A stretch of DNA of 64,000 nt from Chiloscyllium plagiosum. Taxonomy: Eukaryota. Numbering within the stretch: the stretch's first letter is position 1; every line of letters starts with the position of its first letter. The notes beneath the pieces were generated by a model. That model was not told the DNA's origin. It was given only the letters and a program-made list of their open reading frames with translations, and did not search any database. Shown in pieces: positions 23,501 through 35,500 of the stretch. Position numbers and translations under genes: made by a program. The DNA lies in NCBI RefSeq assembly GCF_004010195.1, contig NC_057719.1, forward strand, positions 24,281,465 to 24,345,464, written 5' to 3'.

Positions 23501-26500
23501 ATAACTGGTGTATTGGACACCTAACAAGGAATGGTGAAGTTCTGGACTTGCTATTTGTAAATTAGTTTGGGCAGATAGAAGGGTCATCAGTAAGGGAGCA
23601 TTTTGGAGATAGCAACTATGACTCCCATTAGGATTAGAATTAGGATTAGGAGAAGGATGGATTTGAAATAAAAGTACTAAATTGGAGAAAGACTAATTTT
23701 ACTAAAATAAGAAACAATTTGACTGAAGCAGACTGGGAGCAGCAACTGATCTATAAAACTGTCAGAGCAGTGGAAAGCATTCAAAGAGGAAATACGTTCC
23801 CATAAATACAAAGGATAGGACCTAGACCAGAGAACCCTAGATGTGAAGGAACACAGAAATCAGGATTAAGAAAAACATTGAACTTTATGGCAGAAACTGA
23901 GGGCTCAATATAGCAGAATAGCTAGAGAAACATTAAAAAGTGCAGAGGAACTTAAAAAAGTAAATTAAGAGAGCTCAGAGAGTGCATGAGAAAGCACTAA
24001 TGGGTAAGATAAAGGAAAATCCAAAAGGTTTATTTTTAAATATATAAAAGGAAAGAAAATACATATGGAAAGTAGGGCCAATTAGGGAGCATAGAAATAA
24101 TGCTGGAAAATGTAGATCTGGAAAATGTGGGCACAGTGCTCAGTCTTGCATCAGTCTTCACAATGGAAAACAACAATGCAGATGCAGGTACAGACTTCAT
24201 GGTGGAGGACGGTGAAACATTCTAAGATTTATAAAATCATGAGGGGCATGGATAGGGTAAATAGACAAGGTCTTTTCCCTAGGGTGGGGAAATCCAAAAC
24301 GAGAGGACATCGATTTAAGGTGAGAGGGGAAAGATTTAAGGAGCAACATTTTCACACAGAGGGTGGTGCGTGTATGGAATGAGCTGCCAGAGAAAGTGGT
24401 GGAGGGTGATACAATTTGAAAGGCATCTGGACGGATATATGAATAGGAAATGTTCAGAGGGACATGGGCCAAATGCTGGTAAATGGGATTAGATTAATTT
24501 AGAATATCTGGACAGCATTGACGAGTTGGACCGAATGGTCTGTTTCCATGCTGTATATCACTATGACTCAATGACTAATGGGATTAGCAGTCTTAAAAAT
24601 AGATAAATCCCCTCGCCTGTCTGAGATATATCCCAGGCTATTGAATGAGGCAAGGAAAGAGATAACAGGGGCCTTGGTAGTAATTTTTGACTCCTCTCTA
24701 GCCACAGTTAAGGGGCCAGAGAACTGAAAGACTGCTAACATTGTCCTATTATTAATAATAAAGGGAAGAATAAATAGATCAGGAAATTACAGACCACTCA
24801 TAGAATCACAGAAACCCTACAATGTGGAAGCATGCCATTCGGGTTATCAAGTTGACACCAACCCTCCATAGAGAATACCATCCAGACCCAACCCCCTACT
24901 CTATCCCTGTAATCCTCCATTTCTCATGGCTAATCCACCTAGCCTGCACATTCCTGGACACTATGGGCAATTTGGCATGGCCAAACCACTTACCCTGCAC
25001 ATGTTTGGACTTTGAAAGAAAACTGGAGCACCAAGAGAAAACCCATGCAGACACGGGGAAAATGGGCAAACTTCACAGGGACAGTTACCAGAGGGCAGAA
25101 TTGAACCTGGTGTTGCGAGGCAACTGCATTAACCACTGAGCCACCATGCCACCTGTCAGGCTAATCGTGGTGTTGGAGAAATTATTAGAAAAATTGTGAG
25201 GGCCAGACATATCTGCATGTGGACAGACACAGATTGGAAGGACAGTGGTATTCTGCATTGATTTTTAAATGAAGGTTGAGTTTTACAAATCCAATCAAAT
25301 TTTCTGAGAAGGGAACCAGAAGTGTTGATGATTTGATGTGATCTACATTAACATTGTTAAAAATCACACATCATCAGGTTATAATCCAACAAGTTAATTT
25401 GAAAGCACTAGCTTTCAGAGCGCAGCTCCTTCATCAGGTGATTATGGAGATATACTCCACAACCACCCAATGAAGGAGCAGTGTTCTGAAAGCTAGTGCT
25501 TCCAAATAAACCATTGGATTATAACCTGGTGTTGTGTGATTTTTAACTTTGTACACCCCAATTCAAAACCAACACCTCCAAATCATGACTACATGACTTT
25601 TGATAAGGTCCCTCATGGCAGACTGGTCAAGAAATAAAGGCTCATGGGATCCAAGGCAAAGTCACAAAATCGACTGTGAGGCAGGAAGCAGAGGCTGATG
25701 GTAGGGGGATGTTTCTGTGACTGGAAGTCTGTTTTCAGTGGTGTTCTGCAGGTGTCTACTCAGTGGTATACATTATTTATTTGGACTTATATTTTGAGAG
25801 AAGGGTCAAGAATATCACAGATGATAAAATTAATAGGGTGGTAAATATGTGGAGGATATCCACAAACTACAGAAGGATACCAACACTAGTCAGGTGAACA
25901 GAGCAGTAACAATTGGAATTCAACCTGGAAAAGTACGAGGTGATGCACTTGAAGCGAGCTAAGAAGGCAAGGGATTATATAATGAATGGTAGAACACTAA
26001 ATAGTATTGAAGATCAGAAGGACACAGATTCCTGAAGGTAGCAGGACAGTTGTCGAAGTGGTGAAGAGAGCATACTTTATTTGCTGAGTCACAGGACTCA
26101 AGAGCAAGGAGGTTATCCTGGAACTGTATAAAGTACTGGTTTGGCCACAACTGAAGTACTCATGCTGTTCTGACCACCAGATTATAGGAAAGATGTGGTT
26201 GCACCAGAGAGGTTACAGTGGAGATTTACTAGAAGGCTGCTTGGGCTAGGGAGTTGGAGCTATGAAAAAGAGATTGGATAGGCTGGGAACGTTTCCTCTG
26301 GAGCACCAAAGGTTGATAGCAGACATGATGGAGGTGTATAAGATTATGAGGGGCATTGATAGGGTGGTAGGAAGGCTTTTTAGATTATTACAGGGATCAA
26401 TAACCAAGTGGCATACATTTAAGAGGTAGAAAGTGGAAGAATGGATCAGGAGAAATGTTTTCACTCAGAGGGTGGTGGGAGTCTGGAATTCACTGTTCAA

Positions 26501-29500
26501 TAGTGCAGTTTAGCCAGAAACTCTCGTCACGTTAAAGTGGTATTTAGATATTCACTTGCATTGTCTTAGCATTCACGACAATGGACCAAGAACTAGAAAA
26601 TAGGATTATTGCATTAAAAGCTTTGTTAACCAGCAAGGATATGTTAAACTTATAGTGTCCTATGCTGTAAACGTCCGTGAGTATAAAGCAATGAGGAAGC
26701 TCAGTTATTAAGTAACTTCAAGAGAACTTCATAGATTTCAAGTTATGAATAATACCAATGGATATGGGGATAGCAAAGAGATTTGGCAGTATGAGATAGA
26801 TGATCAGCTATGATCTAGAATGGCAGAGTAAACTCAAGGTCCTTGAAAGACTACTCCTGTTCCTATATTCCTATAAATTCTACCTAGCTACCAGGGTGGG
26901 ATTTGAACCCATACCCCCAGGTACATTAGCCTGGTCCTCTGGATTACTATTCCAGTGACATTATCATGATTAGACAATTAAGAATGAGACAGTAGAGAAG
27001 AGTGCCACCCATCTAGATTGCAACAGAGTATAGGAAGGACTTGCTGTGATCAGCCATCCAAAGACTGCAGGCAAGTAGAGAAGACAAAGGATAGGTTACC
27101 TTTGACACAAGCAGATGTTATGTACTGGCTCTTGAATAATTTTTGACTTTGTGGCAGAGACAATAATCTAACTGGAGGGGTTTAAACCTAATGTTCAAGA
27201 AGAATGAGCAAAGATTGAGGAGGTGACAATATATTTAAAGATGTTAGCAAGGTCAGATAGGTTCAGAACAGCACAGTGATTTACATGGAGAGTGGAGTAA
27301 AGGATCTGGTATTTGAGGGGAGGAAAGATGATGGTTTGAAGGAAGTGTAAACATACTTCAATAGAAGGAGCCTGAAACATGAAGTTGCTCTTATGGTCAT
27401 TATTAAACATTGCAGGTAATTTGAAAAAGGAGGTCGAAACGCTGGCAATGTTTTCCACTGCTCATTGGCATTTTTGTTCTACTATTTGTAATCTTTCCGT
27501 TACCGATGTGATGTAAACACACCTATTGGAGTTAAGGGCAAGCAGCTGAAGGGAAAGAATTGAAAAGCACAGAGAAGTGTTCTATTCCAAAGCACAAGTG
27601 CAGCAGACATCAATGCGTACAGCTCAAGCAGGGGAAGTAGGAAGTGTGGTTCAGAAGCATATGGACATAAATGTCACTTGACTCATTTTTAACACAGGTA
27701 ATTCTTGGCAGTGGGTCAGTCACAAGCAAGACCAGCAAAGGGAATTAGTGGTTGTGAAGTACTTAGATTTTCAGAAGGCATTCGATAAAGTCCGACATCA
27801 AAGATTATTGTGGAAAATAGAAGCTCATGGTGTAGCAGCAGCATGTTGATATGGATAGAAGATTGGCTAGCTAACAACAAGTAGACAGTCATCATAAATG
27901 AGTCATTTTCTGGCAAGACGTAACAAGGTATTGTGCTGCAAGGATCAGTGCTGTTACCTCAACTGTTTGCAACTTATAAAAATGATTTGGCTTAAGAACC
28001 AAAGGGATGTTTCCACTTCAGGGAGAATCTAGTACTGGGAGTCACAACTAAAAAGTAAAATGATTGCCCATTTAAGACCATGAAGCAGAGAAAGCTTTTT
28101 CTCACACAGAGTTGTGTGTCCATTGAATTTTCTCTGTAAAGGTATTCGAAGCAGAATCCTTGAATATTTTTAAGACCTATGTAGTTAGATTCTTGACAAG
28201 AAACAAATGAAGAGTTATCAGAAGTCAATAGATATCTGGAGTAATCAGATCAACTATTTAATAGCACAGCAGGCTTGAGGGGCCTCGTGTCGAGAGTGTT
28301 GCTGGAAAAGCACAGGTCAGGCAGCATCCAAGGAGCAGGAGTATCGACATTTCGGACAAAAGCCCTTCATTAGGAATGGGTACTCGTTGAGGGGTCTAGT
28401 GGGTATTCCTGCACCTAACAATATAAATCATACTAACCTAACTTGTACATAGTTGCTATCACGAGGTAAACTTTTTTTTTTTAAGAAAATAGTCACTTGC
28501 TGTTAGACTATCAAACAGTTTCCTTTTACTACCAAGCAAGCACTGTAGATTCCTATCAGGGAAGAGGGTAATGGCAGCAAGTCTACCAGATAGCTCACAG
28601 AACATGAAGAGCAGTTGTCAGGGTTTATCTTACAACACCAGGTAGCCACAAAGAGGCAGCAAAGGAATCAAATTATTTATTTTTGACATTTTCAGCACAG
28701 AAGGATTTGTAAAAGAATTGTATTGTCATGCATTCATACATTTAGGGAAAAAAGCATAAAATATAAAAATAAAAGATAGCTGCAAATAAGCTAGACATTG
28801 AAGTTTCGGTCCCGTCCAAATCCAAGAAAAATATGAAAGTCATTAATTAAGTGTCTGTTTATGAATGTAATGGGATAAAAGAGACAGAAAACACTCACTG
28901 ACAGCCAGGCGTTTAAATTGCAAGCTTCCTCCTAGACTCATAAAGGTAGGACATAGGAGAAACATTTGAAGGTATTTTGTTAGCTCAGGAAAATGGCGCA
29001 CTGACATAAGGAATTCAATATATCATTCTAATACAGACAAGTAACTTATGGTAATTTTGCATTCTGTCCAATTGTAACTATTGTTCTTTATGTTTTCTTG
29101 CTCACTGAGAAATCAAAATGTTTAATTGCTTGTTCTAGCCTCATCTCACTGAACCACAAACTATCGATCAACTGTAAAATTTGACAGGTACACATCACAA
29201 TTCCTGAAAAAGAGGTAACACACACTTTGCACGTCAAAGGATTAAGCAAGTATTGTGCAAGTTGATATTGAGCAGTCAACTCCAGTATATGATGGACAGA
29301 AGATATAGTTGTCACTAAACCCAGGAAGATATCTACTGAAGACGTAAATTTTGAAAAGTCATTTTCACTTTCTTCTAGGTACTGATGTTAATTTTTCTGC
29401 ACAATATAAGAAATACTGCAATCTATGTCTAAACATTTTCATTGCTTGTAATTTAGGTGACCCCTGTCCTCTAACATGTTTCCCACATTTTCTGAACTTT

Positions 29501-32500
29501 GCTAAGTATCACCAGTCGGTGGCAGCAAAGCCAACTTTTGAGCTAGCCAGAGTACAGAAAGAATATGGTTAAAAATCACATGACACCAGGATATAGTCCA
29601 ACAGGTTTATTTGGAAGTACTAGCTTTTGGAGTGCTGCTCCTTTATCAGGTAGCCATGAGTTCAGTACCCATGAAGATGACCTCAACCGGCACCTTGGGT
29701 TCATGTCACACTACAGGTGACCCCACTACACTATACATTCTCTCTCTCGCTCTCTCTCTCACACACACACACACACTCTTACATACTCTCACACAGACCC
29801 TCTCTCATATACACACTTTCTCTCAGACAAATACATCCTCATATTCACACCTACACACACAGCCTCTCACAGGCTGATACTTTATCACAATCACGCACAT
29901 ACTCTACCAAGCACATACACATGCAAACACAAACTCTCGCTCTCTTCCCACCCCCATATACACAAGCACACTCTCTCTCCCTCACATGCACACACACACA
30001 TATATAAGTCTATGGAGTGAATTTGTATTTGCAGAATTGTAATTGCAGATACATTCTATTTTGTTCAAAAAGTACACAATCTGTAGGCAGTCAATCCATA
30101 TAACGTTTTATAAGTTCCTACTTTAGAAATAGAATCAGTCTGACTCAAGACTGGGATACAGACAGACTCTAACTTCACACCCTTCATGCATTGTTTGAGC
30201 TGAGATGTCACTTTTTTTTATAAAACCTTAAGTTATCTCGAGAATATGACTTGAAAGAAGTTCTGGGATTTACATACTAATGAACTGAAACCTGCAACCC
30301 AAAATAAAAGATTGAAGACTTACCAGCAATCTAGGTTTATTCAATATATCATATCAGTTGCATAACACTGTGATCTTTTGCTATAAATTCTGTGACTTAT
30401 GATCCTGCTCCATAGCTTCATGATGAAGGAGCATTAGTACTTCCAATACAAGTCTTGGATTATAACCTGGTGTGGTGTGATTTTTAATGTGACTTTGTCC
30501 ACTCCACTCATACTCCGGCACGTCCAAAGAAAGAATATGCACCATGGCAGATCTGGTTTATAAAGAATGCATTGTTCATTTTGCTCTATGTTTGAGGGTG
30601 ACATGGTGGCTCAGTGGTGCGCACTGCTGCCTCACAGTGCAAGGGATCTGGGTTCAATTCCAGCCTTGGGTGACTATCTGTTGGAGTCTGCATGTTCTCC
30701 CCGTGTCCATGTAGGTTTGCTCTGGTTTCCTCCCATAGTCCAAAGATGTGCAGGTTAGGTGAATTGGCCATGTTAAATTGCCCATAGTGTTCAGGGATGT
30801 GTTGATTAGGTGCATTAGTAGGGGTAGGGAAATGGGTTTGGATGGGTTACTCTTTGGAGGGTCAGTGTGGACTTGTTGGGCCAAAGGGCCTGTTTCCACA
30901 CTGTAGGGATTCTACGATTGTGATCTGAAATGGGAAAGAACTACTTTAGAATTGAAGGGTTGCTGCACTTTTTACAAGCGTAATACCTGACACTAATTTT
31001 AAGTGCTGTTTATACTGCATTTTGTTCAAATGGTGTGGGTAAGGTGTGCAGACAAGTTGGAGCCAAAGGCTGTGGACGAATGAAAATTTGGCTGGTAACA
31101 AGTAGCTGACATTGGTCTGCGGGTCTAGTGATCAGTTATAGATGAAAAAGATGTTCTGCCTGCCAACATCAAGGAGATTGGCTCCCAGTAAAAGAACAGT
31201 TGCGGGTGTAAACAAGATAGACAGAAGCTAATGAATCTCTTCATGGGCAGGAGATGCCACTTTTTTCTGCAATAAACAGCTTAAGCCTGAAGAAAGCCAG
31301 TTTATTTTGTCCCCTCTTGGAGTATTTGCTCTAAACTTAACCAGTGAGCCAGCGAGCAAGTGAACGTACCTGGAGAAAGAAGATTGAAAAATGACATCCT
31401 CCCTGGTGGTCTAGTGGTTAGGATTTGGCACTTTCACCTATGTGGCCCGGGTTCGATTCCCGGTCAGGGAATGTCTCTTTAAGGGGTGGCTCAGTGGTTA
31501 GCACTGCTGCCTCACAGCACCAGAGACCCGGTTCAATTCCCCCCTCAGGCAACTGTCTGTGTGGAGTTTGCACATTCTCCCTGCATCTGTGTGCTCTGGT
31601 TTCCTCCCAAAGATGTGCAGGTCAGGTGAATTGACCGTGCTAAATTGCCCATAGCGTTAGGTGCACTAGTCAGGGGTGAATGTAGGGGAATGGGTCTGGA
31701 TGGGTTGCTCTTCGGACAGTCAGTGTGGACTTGATTAGATTAGATTCCACTACAGTATGGAAACAGGCCCTTTGGCCCAACATGTCCACACCGATTTCAG
31801 TTAAAAAAAACAGCTTCAGCAGGAATCTCCTTTGTTGGGGCTCCCAGTGGTAGATTTTAACTTTAACAGTAGAAAAAGACGATTGGGAATCCATGGAAAT
31901 AAAAGTTATGGTGAGGGAGATGTGTTAAACTGGGCACCAATTCACCCAATGAATACCCAACTGCTTTTATAAGCAGTAACCAGTAAGATTTGTGCAGACC
32001 ATCTAAAAGTGCAGAATTGTTGATTGGTATGAGTGATGCCAACTAGTTACCCCATTCATACAACTGCCAGAAGGCATTTTGTCACTACACCAAGCACTGA
32101 TGAATGGTTGCCTACGAATCCTTCCCTGCTGGTTGTCTCTTTGTTATAATTGAGAGATATGGTGACCTACTGAAAGTCTTTCTCCAGAATGTTAGTTTTT
32201 GGTGTATTTGCAGTCTGTTTGGTAAAGAGACTTTTTATTTCATACAGATATACAGTACACTATAGCTGGTTTCTGACAGTTAATATGGTAGATGACTTGG
32301 GAAGCCCTAAATGATCCTGACTGATAGACTTTTGTTCCCCCACTCATGCTCTTAAAAAAACTTCTCAGAAACTTAAAGTCATAAACTGTACATTCCCATG
32401 ATTAATTACCTAACCATTAACTTTGGATAAAACTAATAATTTCTACCATATACTGCTGCACCTAAGCAAGGCCACATTGTATGAGGTAATGGTTTTGATG

Positions 32501-35500
32501 AGGTTAATGTTTATGTTAAAATGGCTTCATCCATTCTATTGATCACACAACACCAGGTTATAGTCCAATAGGTTTATTTGAAACCACAAGCTTTCGGAGC
32601 CCCGCTCTTTGGTTTCAGATAAACCTGTTGGACTATAACCTCGTGTGAGATTTTTGTCTTTGTCCATCCCAGTCCAACACCGGCACCTCCACATCAATCT
32701 ACTGATGTCATACACAGTTTATGAGTGGAAACAAGAAGTTCAATTCTAGCTTTCAAATGAAGCAAATGTACCTAATTCCAAGGTCCTAGTAATTATGCTA
32801 ACCAAATATAGTTGTACTTATTGTACAAATAAAAATGTATTATAATACAACAAGCTTCCTTGTTATCTAAGGTCAGTGCGTCTTCAGAAGACACTCCGTT
32901 GGTGATCTCTCTACCACTGAATCACTAGACAGGCCAGGATTGGTGGCAGTGAACTATCTCAAACAGAGCTTACCTATATTCTTTTGGAGGTGACAAAGAC
33001 CAGGAAGTACTAGGAGTGGCCATCCGGGGAAATATCACAGGCTACTCTCTGAAGTGAAAAAATAATAGCCTGGGAAAATGCAGGACCAAATCGCAAGGGA
33101 GTTTTTAATGAGTGAGTGTACATAGTCCCTCTAATTCCCAGTAGATTGTGTGACAGTCTGTAATCCAATACAAGCAGACATGCCAAAAAAACACAAACTA
33201 CTGTGAATATACTGGAGATACAATAACTTAGTACATATTGTATTGGAAAAATAAGGGAATCAGTGGGAAAGCATTTTTGTGGTAGTCATCATAATTTAGA
33301 TAGACACAATTATGGACAGTATAGGACAGGAGCAAATGTTTTCAACTGGGGATAAGTTAATTTCACTGAGCTGTGGTGATTTGGCAAAAGTTGGCTGGCA
33401 ATGAAGAAATCAAGTGAGTTCTGAAAAAGTCCAGTGGGTGCCCCGGTGGCACAGTGGTTAGCACTGCTGCCTCACAGCACCAGAGACCCGGGTTCAATTC
33501 CTGCCTCAGGCGACTGTCTGTGTGAAGTTTGCACATTCTCCCCGCGTCTGCGTGGGTTTCCTCCCACAGTCCAAAAATGTGCAGGTTAGGTGAATTGGCC
33601 ATGCTAAATTGCCTGTAGTGTTAGGTGAAGGGGTAAATGTAGGAGAATAGGTCTGGGTGGGTTGCCCTTCAGCGGGTTGGTGTGGACTTGTTGGGCCGAA
33701 GGGCCTGTTTCCACACTGTAAGTAATCTAAGTAAAAAGGATGGAATAGAAAAAAACTAGACCACATGACCATCATCACTCACCCAAAAATCACCTCCTTC
33801 CATGATGTCAAAAAGCACCTAAGGTAGGATTTTAAAAAAAGTAAAACAGGCAAAACTTGATTAAAATTTAATTCTCACCCTGGAACCAGGCTAGGAGAAA
33901 GCCTCTAATTAAATGCAGGCATGTATAAACAGCAGCCTGGTGGGAAGGGCTTCTTCCTTTTTGGGCATCCTGTGCCCACTGGAGAGAACTACTTGCAGCT
34001 AATGAGGAACCAATAGGAAGCCAATACCTTTGCCCTCTCAAGTGACTCCTCTGACCTACCAATCCCTAGTTCCAGTGACCATGTCCCACTCACTTGAACT
34101 GCGGGCTCTTCATCCTCAGGCCTCCTGAAGGAACCACTGCTGGGACATTGCCAGTACTAAAGCCAACAGCCCTGGTTGATTAGAAGCAAGTCATCTTTTG
34201 ATAAAGCAAAGTCAAGTTCAATGAAATATATCACATATATATTATATTCCAGATTCAGATTTTTAAAATAGAGTCAGATGGATGTGGAAAAAGTGAGGAC
34301 TGCAGATGCTGGAGATCAGAGTCAAAAAGTGTGGTGCTGGAAAAGCACAGCAGGTCTCTGAACATTTGAGGTATCTTTGTCTCCATGCATAAACTGTGTG
34401 TGACATAAATAGAATGATGTGGAGGTGCCAGTGTTGGACTTGGGTGGACAAAATCAAAAATCACATGACACCGAGTTATAGTCCAACAAGTTTATTTGAA
34501 ACCACAAGCTTTTGAACATTTGACCTACTGTGTTTTTCCAGCGCCACACGTTTTGACTCAGATGGATATGGGTCAGTTCAGTGAAATTATTTTGAAAAGT
34601 GGTCTGAAAGTCATTTGCAAGTGATGTAATATTGAAGAGACAGATATTAGTTCTGTATTTACTTCAAATGAGAAGGATCAATACTTCAATTCGGAAAAGT
34701 CATGAGTTTATTTAGAAAGAAGAACAGTTCTACCTCACAAAGAATCATGTTCTTAGTCCAGGGGAAACAGACCATATTCAAAATATTTTAGCTTGTGCTG
34801 CTTCTGAGCCATGAGAGTTTGAATAAAAATCTTCAAATATTTCAGAACTGAAAGAATTTAGGCTATTAGAATAGAGAAACATTCATTTAAGCTGGCTCAG
34901 AAAGGAATCATAAAATTGTCTTCACAGTCTAAAAGCAAACTGGAAAGAGCTAATTAAGTAAAATCTGGAAGTGTTGAGATAGCAGTGACATTTTTCTGGA
35001 ATTCAGTGTCTGTAAATGGAAAGTGACGGGGAAACTTTATTTTGCTGTTTGTATCAAGATCTTTCCATTGCTCTGTATATACAGACATTGCTCGTTCTTT
35101 TACTCTTGTGGAATATGTTGGGCATGTTGTAAAAAAATCTGCAGCCTTGTGTAAATATATTTCAATGACGAACTACCATGGTAACAAACTGTAAAAATCA
35201 AACTTCAATCAAGCCTGATTTCATTCTGGAATCTAACTTGTCCATTATTGCCATCAGCTGGGATCATAATGTATATCTAGCTAGCTTTTGTTTTATAAAT
35301 AACATGGAAGTTTTATGTATAAACATTTCAGTAAGGTTTTTGAGGACTTTCTACTTGTAAAGTCAAAGCTTTTGGGATCAAAGGAAAAGTGGTACATTGA
35401 ATCCAAAACTGGTTTTATGGCAGGAAATGATAATGATTGATGGGTGGTTTTATTGGAAGACTGTTTCCAGAGGGGGCTCCACAAGGTTGGTTCCTTCATT

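Larger units (their letters stand above)
23455..26690 (+). mobile_element. Old CR1 LINE with nested insertions (younger CR1 3' end about 24215-24575, HE1, PLE foldback)
   Basis: Decayed CR1 ORF2 sequence (TTTGATAAGGTCCCTCATGGCAGACTG; GGTGATGCACTT; GAGGGTGGTGGGAGTCTGGAATTCACTG). Confidence 0.75.

Noticed and set aside
23091..25590. Foldbacks read as pre-miRNAs, DNA-transposon MITEs or CRISPR-like repeats
   Set aside because: The arms match the termini of RT/GIY-YIG-bearing PLE copies (57316-60012); there is no repeat-spacer array and the DNA is eukaryotic
29717..30007. His/Thr-rich ORFs (also about 57771-58152 and 59120-59427)
   Set aside because: Translations of (CA)n/(CT)n-rich spacers inside PLE 3' regions
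31400..31471. Functional tRNA-Glu gene
   Set aside because: The anticodon stem cannot pair and there is no clear T4+ terminator directly downstream; called a pseudogene
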